The notes under the pieces were generated by a model. The model worked only from the letters and a program-made list of their open reading frames with translations. It made no database searches and was not told where the DNA came from. From Psilocybe cubensis (Eukaryota), in assembly GCA_017499595.2 (NCBI GenBank), contig CM038998.1, forward strand, positions 2,852,001 to 2,916,000: a stretch of 64,000 nt of DNA, read 5' to 3'. How positions within the stretch are numbered: the stretch's first letter is position 1; each line of letters starts with the position of its first letter. Of the stretch, positions 25,645 through 38,728 are shown piece by piece. The translations under genes were made by a program, and so were the position numbers.

Positions 25645-26369
25645 TTTTGATATTATATAGTCGTGAAAATGCGGACAAGAAGCGACAGAAAGTTGTGAAG
25701 TGGAAAAAAGTCGACTAGCGACGAAAGGAAAAAAGAGAAAGAAGATAAGCAGGTAGTAATGAGACGATGCGCCCAGGAGTACCCAATTTATGTAGGATAC
25801 AGCGTGTGAGCATTACAGGCATTGACTTCAGAGAACAAAGATAATTAGGTTTCCGCCTTACGTAACTCGACCATTGTTCTGTGGTTGAGAGGGCAAAACC
25901 GAAGAAATGTAGAATCCGGGGGGTACCCAGTTAAGAGGAATGGAAGCAGTCGGTAGTCTGCAGCCCTGTAATTGTCCTTGTAAACCTAAAGGAGCAGTGT
26001 CGAGCCTTTTATTGGGGATTGAGGGTTGAATCGGAATGGATGATTTTTCAACGCGTTCTGAAATGAAGACCATAATGTTGACAGTAGAAGCCTTGTACTA
26101 CAGCCGAGATTAACTTGCTTGAATTGTAACCAAAACAGACGGGGTTTTAGGAGACAGTGAGTGTGGCTGGTTGTTTTGTGAAGACAAGGCTTAAACATTG
26201 AACAAGCGTCGGGGGTACACAGATTACTTACTATTTTTGGAAATTCAAATGATGGCAAGCATGCCAAAACAGGCGAGAAAGTTTTGAAATCGAACTCTGA
26301 AATGCTGTAGAACCTGGACAACGTCCTGACTGTTCCTATTTATCCACGGTCCCTACACACTCAGGAAAC

Positions 26370-28827
26370 ATGGAACATGCCACAAGCCCAACTGGCCAAG
26401 CAGTGGACACTGAGGATCACGCATTACCTCCGCCACTCCAAAAGCTTTCTACTATTCTCGATGAAAGTCCAGAGACCCTTGCTGTAGGGGATTCAGAACT
26501 CCACGCTGTTGCTTTAGCTGCAGCCAAACATATATTTGATCTTTGTAAGTTATAATTCTGGCTTTTTGACACGGTACTGAGTGTACACAAAGCGGTTCAG
26601 TCGGAAGAAAAATCTAGGCCTCACATTGGTAGTCTCATTACATCTATATCTCCTGCGGAAGCACCCCAGACAAGGTCTAAGCTAAAGGCAGATCAAAATA
26701 AACCAAAGGCTGACGCAGAAAAGAATTTATTCGACTTCACACCTTTAAAGTCGCTGTTCGTCGATGGCATGGATGAGGAACAAATTTGGGCCCAGTTGGA
26801 CCTTCGTACGAAAACTGTTTGTAAGATGCTCGATTTTGTTCTCGAGGGAGAAGTTGGAGAAGAGCAGGATAATGACGAAGAGGATGATGAGGAGAGCGAA
26901 GAGGATCCCGAGGAGGCACTGAGAAAGGCGTTGGAGGGGAACAAGGATATCGACATGGACGAGTTCATGGCCAAATATGGACTTAGCGAAGACGACTTGG
27001 AAGACTCGGAGGAGTCTCAAGAAGAGGTCGAAATGGGCATTGATGAAGACGTATCTGAGTCTGAAGAAGGAGAGGAAGAAGAGGAGGGATTTTCACCTCT
27101 ACGGGACCCTGAAGAAGAAGGTCATAATCCAAAATCGATACTGCGGAAACGGGATCCCAAACCGTCTTTGAAAAAAAAGAGGAAAGGTGGTCACCCAGAA
27201 CTTGACGACGGATTTTTTGACTTGGCGGAATTCAATGCGGAAACAGAGCGCGCTGAGTCTAAGTCCTCTACCAGAGGGCGTCTATCTGGAAAAGAGGATT
27301 CTGATTCTGATGACATGGATATTGACCTTTTCGCCAGTGTTGACCATGATGAAAACTTTGATGAAGAGGACCTCCAAAATGGCGAAGGTGGTAGGTCCAT
27401 CGTGAATTGCAAACCCATCAACGATTTTAACATATCTCATATCACACAGAACTATACTACAAGGATTTCTTTGAACCTCCTTCGCGTTTCGAGCCATCTT
27501 CGCAGAAGCCCAAGGGAAATGGAAAGGGTCAGGTTCATTTTCACGACCAAGTCCGAGTCAAAAAGATAAAAGCTACTGGCAAGAATCGATCCCTGCATGA
27601 TGATGACGATGAAGAAGAAGAAGATGATGACGATGAATTGGATGAAGATGCAGACATGCCGGATTTTCAATTCGGAGATCGTGATACAGGGGGAAGCGAC
27701 GATGAGATGGAATGGGATGAAAGTGACAGAGAAGAAGACGACGACGACGACGAGGGCGAAGATTCAGATTCTTCAGAGTCTCAAGTTGACAATGAGACTA
27801 TAGCGCGCATGAAGAACGATCTTTTTGCCGAGGATGAGGAAGTGCCCGATGGTAAGCATAAACCATGTCCAATGATTAAATGCTCAAATCTTTACAGACC
27901 TGACCACATACGAACGAAGAATGGCTGCCTTACGCGAACAAATATCAGAGCTAGAATCTGAAAATGTTGCCCCAAAAGAATGGGTTCTAATGGGAGAGGC
28001 TGGATCGCGTCAACGACCCCAGAACTCACTACTCGAAGAAGATTTGGAATTCGACCGCGTCATGAAGGCAGTTCCTGTCACAACAGAGGAAGCTGTGAAA
28101 TCGTTGGAAGAAACCATCAAAGCGCGTATCTTGGAGGGTCGGTTCGACGACGTTATTCGCATAAGACCACTAGAAGACAAACCGTTTTTACCCTCAAGAC
28201 TCCTTGAACTTAAGGACACAAAATCGACGCAGTCCCTTGCCCAAATCTACGAAAATGATTACGTTGCCAGCCAGACTGGTGGAGAGGCCGTGGATGATCG
28301 CGACGGGAAACTCAAAAAAGAACACGAAGAAATTGACTTGATGTGGGAGAAAATCTGCAGTAAGCTCGATGCCCTATGCAATGCTCATTTCGTACCAAAA
28401 CAAGTGCGTATATGTGTCGACTATTGACACAGGTTTGTTACTAATTATGTCTTAGGCCAAGGCAACGATTTCTACTGTGACAAATGCTGCCACAGCTTCT
28501 CTGGAATCCGCTCTACCAACCTCAAAATCAACATCCACCATGCTTGCACCCGAAGAAATATTCGCTACTTCCCCGTCGTCGTTGCGCGCTCGCAGTGAGT
28601 TAACTCCAGCCGAAAAACGAGCTCAACGGTCAAGAGACCGAAAGGCGAAGAAGCGACAGAGGGAATCCCTTGAAAAGAGCGTCGATAAACTCGCTAAATC
28701 TCGCGGAATTGGAGGTGTCAAGAAACAGAAACAAGCTGCCCTCGAAAGTGTTGTTAAGCACGGAAAGGGTGTCACCGTCATTGGCAAGAAAGGTATTACC
28801 AGTTCCAAAGACAAACGCAAGAAGTAA
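26370..28827 (+). CDS. MPP10: U3 snoRNP protein Mpp10
   Basis: MDEEQIWAQLDL, acidic tracts, LDDGFFDLAEFN, KEWVLMGEA...RPQNSLLEEDLEFD, IKARILEGRFDDV, LDALCNAHFVPK, LAPEEIF. Confidence 0.93.
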
Positions 28828-29040
28828 TCCATTCAGGGACATTTCATTATCTCTACTATTACTTATATTCGCAACATATAAATCACCATAAAAATTTATA
28901 TTCAATCCATCATGCCGTCTGCTTCAACTTCAAGTCACTACAGTCTTTGAGACTAGAAGGCTATGTAATTTAAGGTCACGTGAGATCTCCTCATATATAA
29001 GACACCAAATTGCAGTGCGTCCAACCCCCTTAACAACACG

Positions 29041-30247
29041 ATGCACCTTTTCAAGAAGAAGAACGCAAACGCTATACCTCCGGTCTCAGAACCCAAATTA
29101 CCACCTTCGTCTACCAGCGTCAATGGGTCCTTTAGTTCTTATAGATCTTCCTCTAGTACCTACGTTGCCAGCAGGGATGGCGACCCATATCTCAACACAT
29201 CCAGACAACAATCATACGATAATAAGTCAGTAGACAATGCATCTTATGTCGACCCATACAATCGCAACCGTGGTGTCGGAGATGTATATTCACGCGGCGG
29301 CGCTGAGCTGGACAAAGACCGAAATGAGCTGTTCTCAGGTTATAATCCTGCGAAAGGAGGATCCGGTAGATTCTTCGATGGACCCAATACCGGAAGGAAC
29401 CCAGCGCCTGGTGAGGAGAATGATGAAGACGTCGAAGCGATAAAACAACAAACTCGCTTTGTCAAGCAAGAGAGTGCCACATCTACAAGAAATGCACTCC
29501 GCATGGCTCGGGAGGCAGAAGAAACTGCACGTAACACTTTGACTCGATTAGGGGACCAGTCTGGTGTGTCCTTACTGGTCATAACATATTTGTAGCTTGT
29601 TGCTGATGATACATTTTTAGAAAAACTGGCCAACACTGAGCGCCATCTTGACGTTTCTAAAGGCTACTCTCAGCGAGCTGATGACAAGACTGATGAACTC
29701 AAACAGCTAAATCGTTCCATCTTCCGACCTGTTATTACTTTCAATAAAGATGCAAAGCGGGCTGCACAGGAAGCTAAGCTCCAAGCTCGGTATGAAGACG
29801 AGAGAACGGAGAGGGAGAGAGCTATGATGGACATCAGGGAGAGTCAAAATCGTCTTGGCCGTGCAACGACTTATGGACGTGGAGATAATGAAGATGAACT
29901 TATTGGAGGACGCAGCCGTATGAAATCTGCAGAACAAATGGCCGCTCAAAAGGAACAACGCAAACGTTACCAGTTTGAAGCTAATGCCTCCGACGACGAA
30001 CTCGAAGACGAGATTGACGGAAACCTTGACGAAATCAGTGAAATGACCAAGCGTCTCAAGGCTTTGGGTACTACAATGGGAGATGAACTCGACAGACAAA
30101 ACGGTAGAATCAAGAGGATTGAAGAAAAGACTGTTGGACTGGACGATAGGATTTTCAAGAACACCGAACGCGTAAGGAAATTATCTATCTTGATGATAAT
30201 CCTTTGCTAATAATATTACCATCGTTTAGCTCAAAAGGATCAAATAG
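29041..30247 (+). CDS. SEC9: Plasma-membrane t-SNARE Sec9 (SNAP-25-like, Qbc)
   Basis: Two SNARE motifs: STRNALRMAREAEETARNTLTRLGDQSEKL and EDEIDGNLDEI...MGDELDRQNGRI...LKRIK*. Confidence 0.92.
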
Positions 30248-30658
30248 TTGGTTGGATTTTTGTGGTCAAAGCATATACCCCGTTCTAGGCGCCCAACATC
30301 TTATACAAGAGGACTACCAAAATGGACAATATTTATGCAAACCGTTGCTACCTACACTTTTATTCTATAGGATTGAAGATACTGAGGATTTCATTTCATG
30401 TTGAACGATAATATCTATGCGACCTTTCATTGCCACAGCAATATTGTTGTGGGGAGAATACCGGGGAGAAAGTAGGTGTACTTGGCCTTGGCAGTTGATC
30501 CTTGTCATTAATTTAAACACGATCACGTTTCACTCGCGTGACGAATTCTCGACCCACATAATTTCAGTCGTAAGTAAGTATTTTTGAATCAGTAACGCTC
30601 CCTTGAATATCGACAAAACACAACGAATATACCTCCACACGTAGAGATACCCAAGACT

Positions 30659-32282
30659 ATGCCTTCCATATCTTCATATGAGCAGCTCAGATTAGAAAAT
30701 ATCAAGAAGGTAAATTCCAAGTTCAAAACCCTTTCTACATAAATGGCATCTTTACTTCAAATATATCGTAGAACAGGGAGCTCTTAATGCAGCTTGGCCT
30801 TGACAAGCCAATATTTGAGCCAACGGAGAAAGTCGTCAAGAAACCCACTGCCACAAAAAAGCGTAAAGGACCAGATACCCCTACCAGCGAAAACGCCGAA
30901 CCAGATACCAAAGCCCAACGCGTCAGCCCGTCCCAGTCTACTCCGGAATCTGGAGTGCGCAGAAGCTCCCGAAATGTGGGCAAGACTGTCAACTATAAAC
31001 GCGAAATTGTCAAGGAGTCTCCCATTCCCGTGGCCTATTCCAGTGGCGTAAAAGTGGCAGAAAATGAGGGCCCAATGGGACGCGAAGATGGCCCGCGTCG
31101 GTGCGACCCGTGGGTATAGTTTACACGTTCAACTTTTTATTCAGTCTGATGCGTCGATTAGAAAAACATATGGTTCCATTCCTGGGATTGCAGTTGGAAC
31201 TTGGTGGCCAACCAGACAAGGGTGCAGTGCAGATGCAATTCACGCGTAAGCAGCCAAAATTGTGAATTAAGACTGACATATATTGTTCTGATCCCTTTCT
31301 TTCTTTCTTTTTTAAGCCCATGGGTGGGGGGTATTTCAGGTGGAAAGCAAGGGGCATACAGCGTCGCCCTTAGTGGGGGATATGATGATGACGTGGATCT
31401 AGGTTATGCTTTGTTTGTGTTTTCTGCACTACTCCTCCTGTTTGGCATTAACTTACCTTCTCTTATGTAGTACATACACCGGCTCTGGTATATCTCATTT
31501 TTTCGCCGTTCATGTTTGTTTCATTTGCTCACCTCGTATAGGTGGCCGTGACCTTAAGGGTACTAAAACCGCTCCTAAGAACGTAAGTTTTGCCATTATC
31601 TACAAAACAATTCTTTTTAGCTAATTTTTTTCCAGCTCCGCACAGCTCCCCAGAGCTCTGACCAAAGTTTCGAAAACAACGCAAGTGTTCTATAACCTAT
31701 CGCTTATGAACGTCTCCTTACTTACCCTATGAATTATAGTTCAATAAAATGCTACAGGTGAGTATTGTTGATTCTTAAAATTCTGATTCTATGTGGGCTA
31801 ACCTTTCTGTAGCGATCTTGCGAGACCAAGAAACCTGTACGCGTAGTGCGCGGATTCAAGTGTAAATCTGAATATGCACCCAGCGAAGGGTACGCCTGTA
31901 CTTCCTTTTGATTTTATTTGCTAATTCTTGTTTAGTTACCGATATGATGGTCTGTATAGAGTGGAAAGAGTACGAATTTCGCAAAAAAAAAATTGGGCGT
32001 TTCATTGCTATTTATGTTAATTTTTCTCTTTCTCAGGCATGGATGGAAAAGGGCATGAACGCGAAAGGATATCTTGTCTGCAAATTTGCCTTCAAGGTGA
32101 GATTACTAGTCCTTTAAGTAAAAGTTTAATGTTGTAACAATTTGCCCTCATAGCGCCTCCCTAACCAGCCTCCTCTTCCCGTAAGGGCATCCTTAGACAG
32201 CATGGGAAATTCTGCGAGAGAAACCCTCGAAGAGGACGAAGAGAACCCGGAGGAAGTTGAGGATGAACCCAAAGAAGAATGA
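30659..32282 (+). CDS. Stand-alone SRA-YDG (PUA-like) domain protein
   Basis: YGSIPGIAVGTWW.TR..CS...IHAPWVGGISG...GAYSVALSGGYDDDVDLGY...YTGSGGRDL...DQSF...N...PVRVVRG...YAPSEGYRYDGLY.V...VCKFAFKRLP.Q, in many small exons. Confidence 0.9.
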
Positions 32283-32341
32283 AAAGGTGACGGGTGGCTA
32301 ACCATAGGTCTCTTTAATCCATCAATGCACCTGTGTGGCTC

Positions 32342-32379
32342 TAACAGAATACCCTTACTGTAACAGAATACCCTTACTG
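32342..32379 (+). repeat. Perfect 19-bp tandem duplication TAACAGAATACCCTTACTG x2
   Basis: Read directly; lies in the 3' flank of the SRA gene. Confidence 0.9.
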
Positions 32380-32799
32380 TCCTTATACTGGGTGGTTTGG
32401 TTAATCCCATATTGCCTGGCCCCATACCCTATTGCCAAAGTATCACAAAATGTCATAAACCATATACTCGACTCGACTTGTATTTATACCTTTTGATTAA
32501 TTATATGACACATCTGCTATTAGTTTTGTGCTGATTCTGAAAAAATCTGTTATCCCTTGGCAGAAGTACACAGGTTCTGCGCTCAACTTACAACCTGGAG
32601 GTCATATTAAACCATCAAATTGTTCTCAATGTAAGCAGACATACTTTTGGTGAGCTATAAAATCTTTTTCGATTTCTGCGAAGTTGAAGTTAAAACTAAG
32701 CTACAATAATTCAGTGCCTTGGACTGAAGATTTACGTCTATATTTCAAAGCTCGCGGCATTGTGGCATTATCTAAATCCTTGCTAAAGCCGGCTGCAAT

Positions 32800-34229
32800 G
32801 ACTTTCGACAGATTACAGTCCTGTCAATTCCTTTTTATGGACCTATTGCGATGTTTACTTCCTATTGTCTATTGCCTGGTCACGAAAGTGGATTGCCAGC
32901 ACCTCCGCTGTGGCATCAACCTGAATGTGATAAGTGTAACGAATAGTTAATAGTAATACAGATATCTGATAATCTAGGAGCAGCCTTCAATTTGTGATCG
33001 ATTGATCATTTGCATCGTATGGTATCAGACCGATAGCCTCTTTGAATATTATCCAGAGCTCACGATCACCTTCGGGCAATTTTTAGTGTTCTGGAACGTA
33101 TTTTGGTTGTCCATCAGGCAAACCCAGCCACCCTGTGTTTGTATAAAGTTCAAATCGCTAGTCAAGCTCTTCACGTTCTCTTCCAAGTTCCGAAGCTAGC
33201 CACCGACGGCTTTTCAGAACCTTGATGAGCAACCGTCGGGCCTCTCTGTACCGCGGAGCTTGTGTTCGAAACTTCCATGGCGCCACTGGAACACAGTGTT
33301 CTTTGTTCTAGGTCAGCATGAAGACGAAGTCCGCTGTCCACAACCTAATCATCTACTTTTTGGAAAGCGTTGTCCATAGTGTTACACGATGGAGAGTCTC
33401 TTAGACTTTTCAGCGAGGACCATTTTTATGTCTTTTTACTTTAGCTGTAGGCAACCGACTTGCCTCTTTATCTGGGCTAGGACTCGAACCTTCTTCATAT
33501 TGTATAGCTTTACCGCTCTCAGAAACACTGGATAGTTGCTAGGTCAACACCCCTATGATCCTCTTCTCGAGCTCGAGGTCTCCCACTTTAATAAAACTCT
33601 CGGTCATCGGTCAGGTTGCGTTCTTCTCACCTTTTAACGACGACGATTGATGGCAATTGACTCAAAAGTTATCATCGTTTGCCAGGTGATCATAATCGCT
33701 TGGTGACTACCTACGACGACCCACAAGTTATCACTTCTCCTAAGAGCTTCTTTGTCCCCGTATGTGCCTCTAAATGGGTTTGCCAATGTATTGTGCTCGC
33801 ACATCACTTATGCAAAGATTGCAGAATAGACATTCTGCCTCAATCGTCGACCGGTTCAATGGGCCATGAAGATGTGGAAGTAGATGATAGGACAAGACTG
33901 TGGGATTTTTCCATTCGATACTCGGTCTCGTATCAATTCGCATGAGAACTTTGTTTATACACATCATATTGCCTTCCTTCGCCACGACGACAAAATATTT
34001 CGTGGCAAGGCTCAAGATACCTCAAGACGTATCATTGGCACACTTTGACGGCCAGTTTTTCCTTTACCACGGGCGCCCATCACCAATCAGGAGCTCCGCA
34101 ATTTTTGGCATACCTGCTGATTATCCAGAGGAAGATCTTAGGTATGCAATCGATTCTTGGCAGCATCTGGATAATAGTCATCCCTTCTGCCATGGGGTAA
34201 AAATATTCCGCACTAAAATGTTGAGATGA
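32800..34229 (+). pseudogene. Probable decayed F-box-like gene
   Basis: Frameshifted fragments SPVNS / MDLLRCLLPIVYCL, IICIVWYQ...YPELT and FWLSIRQTQPPCVCI resemble the agaric F-box N-terminal pattern (LPxELL..IF..CL; VC..W...PELW; WL.RS...PL). Multiple stops and no clean exon chain. Confidence 0.4.
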
Positions 34230-34372
34230 CTGCGTAAAATTGTCTTCATTCATACGATGAGAAATGGTATGATTGGGTGGATACACTGTAGTTACACTGA
34301 GGTTGAGCATGGCGCAGAACGCATGGGAAAGCAAGGGGATATGGTGATACAGAGAGGTATAGAACAGTAGAG

Positions 34373-35544
34373 TTACAATTGTTGCAAGGCTTGGCGAACA
34401 GTGGCTAGGAAGACCTCTTTATCGTCCTCAACAACGGTATTAGGTCTGTTGAGTTTCCAAAGTCGGTAGAGGCCCTTGATGTTGTCACATAGGATGTTTT
34501 GCGTAGCGTCATCGATAGAATTTTTGTTGGATTCGAGTACGACGAATTCTTCGGAGGAGGATTGCTTCGGGCTAGCAGTGGATGATGACGATGTGAGAGC
34601 GGGTACGGGATCAAGAGGCGATGCAATGGCGGAATCTGACGTGGGATCGTCGTTGTCGAATAGGGGTGGTGATTCGGCCCCGGATCCAGCAGAAAGAGCC
34701 TCCAAACGGCGAGCAAGAGATGCTGGAGCGGGGGGTTCCAGAGGATTGTAAACCTCTACCTTATTGTTCTGGAATTCATCTGAAGCTACAATGATTCGCT
34801 CAGGAAGTACGTTGTTGGAGCTCAGCTGTTTGTTTGGGTGGGGCCGCGGGGAGGGTAGGGTAGAATCGCCAGAACCTACAAAGGAGGTAGATGTTAAGAG
34901 AGCATTGAAAACACGTAGAAGATGAAAGAGAGACCTTGAACAGCAGAGTACTGTGCCCAATATGCATCCTCGGAGCTTAGATTCTGATCTGCATTAGCAG
35001 CAGAGACAGAGTGGTGATTGGGTTCGTCACCCTGGCCGTAAGAGTTCCAATAGGAATCGTCGTCATCTTCGACATTGAAAGAAACGGAGTGCTCGGATTG
35101 TTCTGGAAGGAAGTCATCGATGGAGCTCGCCAGGAGCGAATCATTGAAAGAGGAGTAAGAATTAGGAGGGAACGGCATGAGAGCTAGGTTGTGGTATTGC
35201 CAGCCGTGGTCTTTATCCCAAAGAAAAACTAGACGGAGATCGGGGGTAATGCGGACGTGTGCTTGGATATTTTCAGGGTCTGGCAGATAATGTACCGGAA
35301 GAGGGTTGTCATGAGCCGGAAAGGGAGTTGTTTGCAATAGATGGATTGCGTGTGACCTATGCTCAGAAGGCCATGCGAGATATTCCTCCGGATTGTCTGG
35401 GGCAAGATTCAAGAAATGATGGCGCTGAAGAAGCAGCCGGGACAAGAGATGGGGAGGAATAGGAACGCTGAGAGGAGAGAGATAGTCGAGGATGACATGG
35501 ACGGTGGATGGAGAGATGGGCGTAGGACTAGGGCCATCCATCAT
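34373..35544 (-). CDS. Uncharacterised protein (two exons)
   Basis: The 216-aa and 195-aa ORFs join through a GT-AG intron at about 34878-34934 (AYWAQYSAVQG / SGDSTLPSP). Ends ...IKGLYRLWK...QALQQL*. Confidence 0.75.
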
Positions 35545-35602
35545 CGCCGTTCTAGTTCAAACACACCCGCTTACCTAAACCCCTCCTTTCAGCCTTTCTA
35601 CC

Positions 35603-36185
35603 ATGTACCCGACTCTCCTCCTCCTCCTCGCCCTCCCCTTCTTGGCTCTCGCACAGGTACGCCCTCTCTTTCCCATCTCAATCGTGCACTGACTCTTTCC
35701 AGAGTTCGAATACGAATTCCAACAGTGCCAGCCAGACAGCCAGCAACACAGCCAGTGCCAGTAACACCGCGTCTGCAAATGCGACCACAAGGGCCCCGAC
35801 ATCCACCCAGTTCACCACCATCGTATCCACTTCTCTCACCACATTCGTCGGTGTCGTAACAAGCGGAGGCAATCGGATCGAAACCACGATCGTGTCCTCA
35901 TCAGTCTTCTCCACCGTGCAGCCGGTGTCGACTGGCAATTCAACTGCAAACAACAGCTCCTCGTCCTCCTCGTCCTCTACAACAACAACGCCCAAAAATC
36001 TCCCTACAGCACCAGCAGATGTGAACGGGGGTGGAAAGGGTGGGGCGCCAGTGCCGGGAGCGAAGACACAGAACGGGGCCTATGGGCCAGACGACAACTA
36101 CATTGCGGCCGCAACAGGACTTGCGGCGCGGGCGATGGTTGCGAGCGCGGTGGTCTGTGTGGTCGGAGGGGCATTGGCACTCTAG
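35603..36185 (+). CDS. Small secreted Ser/Thr-rich, probably GPI-anchored cell-surface protein
   Basis: Signal peptide MYPTLLLLLALPFLALAQ, intron at about 35657-35702, S/T-rich body, GAYGPDDNYI, and a hydrophobic C-terminal tail ...VVGGALAL*. Confidence 0.8.
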
Positions 36186-36320
36186 ATATGAGGCTTTATT
36201 ATTATTATGGACAGACTCGGATGGACACAGCATATTCGTTACACTACTACTCGTTCATTACCTGTACACGAGAACAATTCATTTACTTGGTTTAATCACC
36301 ATCTCTCGGCATCCCCCGCC

Positions 36321-37760
36321 ATGTTGCTTCGTTCTTCTTTCTTTCATCGTTTTCCTCTCCTCAAGTCCAAGTCCACTGTCCCTCTGCCTCAACCAAAGCG
36401 ACAAAAGATGGTCAAGGTTACACCTCTCCAGATCAGCCCTCCCCCGTTGTCTGATTCCCTTTTCTTCAGGTTATTGGAACACACAACGGCACTTTTCACT
36501 GCGACGAAGCCCTCGCAGTCTTCCTTCTTCGACAGACATCCACCTACCGCGATGGAGGTTGGGTTCCTTATTTATGCATATTTTCCCATCTCATCCAGTT
36601 ACAGACCTCAAGCGCACTCGCGATCCCGCCGTTCTCGCTACCTGTGACATCGTTGTAGATGTTGGCGCCGTCTACGACGAATCCAAGCAATTGTTCGACC
36701 ATCACCAGCGTGGATTCACAGAGGTTTTTGGGCATGGATTCGAAACAAAACTGTCCTCTGCAGGTCTTGTTTACAAGTCAGTCCTAGTTTCTCAACTTGT
36801 CGCCGCGCCCGCTTTAATTCAATTTACAGACATTTCGGCCAAGAAGTCATTGCCAACAGAATCCAGGCTCCTCTTGCCGATCCCAAAGTTAACACTCTCT
36901 GGTTGAAGATGTACAAAGTGAGCCCATTCTCATGTCATTTATACAGTATTTATGTCCATTGCCAGGAGTTCATTGAAGCCATCGATGGCATTGACAACGG
37001 GGTTTCTCAATATCCCAACGACATCAAACCCAAATACCGTAGCCGCACCGACTTGTCAAGCCGCGTTGGTGCTCTCAACCCTTGGTGGAATCAGCCTAGT
37101 GATAGCCAAACCATGGATGCAAGTTTTCTTAAAGACGTCCAGAGTACTCCAGTTGATTTTTTTTTGCCTTTGTAGATGCTCTTCGAGAAAGCATCCCAAC
37201 TTACAGGGCAAGAGTTTACAGGCAAGCTGGATTACTACGCAAATGCATGGCTTCCGGCGAGAGATCTTCTCGTTGATTCGGTTACGTCTAGCAAGGCAAA
37301 AGTCGACCCCACAGGCAAAATTATCCTTTTCGAGCAATTCCTCCCTTGGAAGGTCGGCATTTTATACACTAATTGGAGTCATGTTTTTACCGCGATATAT
37401 AGGAACACTTGTTTGAGTTAGAGGCCGACGAATCGGTTCCTGCAATTAAGGCCAACCAGGCCATATATGTTGTTTACCCTGATGAAACGAGTCAAAATTG
37501 GCGCGTCCAGGCTGTTCCCCTCTCCCCGGAGAGTTTTGAAAGTCGCAAGGCCCTGCCTGAAGTCTGGAGAGGTTTGAGAGATGAAGAACTTTCCAAGGCT
37601 TCCGGTATTGAAGGTGGGATCTTCATTCACGCATCCGGTTTCATTGGTGGTATGCTCTTTTCATGTACCTTCACCCAATTATCAACTTTCTGACGTTATG
37701 ATAGGAAACAAAACCAAGGAAGGTGCTTTGAAAATCGCCCAGGCTGCCCTTGAGATGTGA
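36321..37760 (+). CDS. MYG1: MYG1 3'-5' RNA exonuclease
   Basis: [28 protein letters not shown]...[52 protein letters not shown]. Confidence 0.94.
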
Positions 37761-38728
37761 AGCACACATACACTTGCTCCATTCCGCGAGCAGGTGTCGA
37801 ATAATCATTCTGGGACGACTCCCGGTCATGATCCACCATGCTCATGTGAATACAGACCCAGTATGCGGTCTTCTTGAACCCCAAACAGGGCTCTCTTCGT
37901 CGAAAGACGTTGAATTTATCGATCAGATAAATATCCTTCGTTTTCCATGCTGCATAGGTGGCAGTTTGAATGCACGTGCCATGTTATACCTTGTAACACC
38001 AATAAATCTGCTTTGATCTCTTGATTAGATTCTAACATCAAACCGACAACGTGGTACATGAAATGAATGAACATCAAGTGGGCGTTCGCCCTGTTGTATC
38101 AACAAAAAGCCTCATGCATTACTCATGCAATATGTCAGTTTGGGGTGCAGTGACGATGGCCATGGGGCAGCCATGAGTTCAACAGTGCTTCAAACACCTT
38201 AGGAAACCAAGCCTCGGCAAGTGGCTTACGATTCTCAGGTTGCGAATATATGGAATATGAATGAGCCAATATTTGCTCCTGAGCCCGGACTGTACCATTG
38301 CCAGAACCTGATCGACCTCTTGAGTCTCAGGGGAACCTCACAGATATTAATGATGCTCACATCTTAAAACTACAAAAAATGATCAGCGAAGGGGGATATA
38401 CTTTCATGGCTAAAACGAGAACGGGGCAAAATCGCATGCGATCACCGAATAGGACAAGTCTGCTACTGGCAGGCAGCATGTACGAGCGTTGTACAGCTTT
38501 TTTGTATACCCGTGCAGCCTACTGAAGTATTTCTGTCGCCCAGGAGGTTTTGAAGAACATCACCATTGCCCTGACGGTCACTTACCTTGGATTCTCCCTT
38601 TTTGCCCATCGCCTCAAGTCGCTCTGGTAGTGTCAACGCTTTGGAATCACATTCTTATTTGCCAACTTCTTTATAGAAGTCGCCCGCTATTTACGCCGTG
38701 ACAGCACAAGCCAAGCACCCTCTTTACA

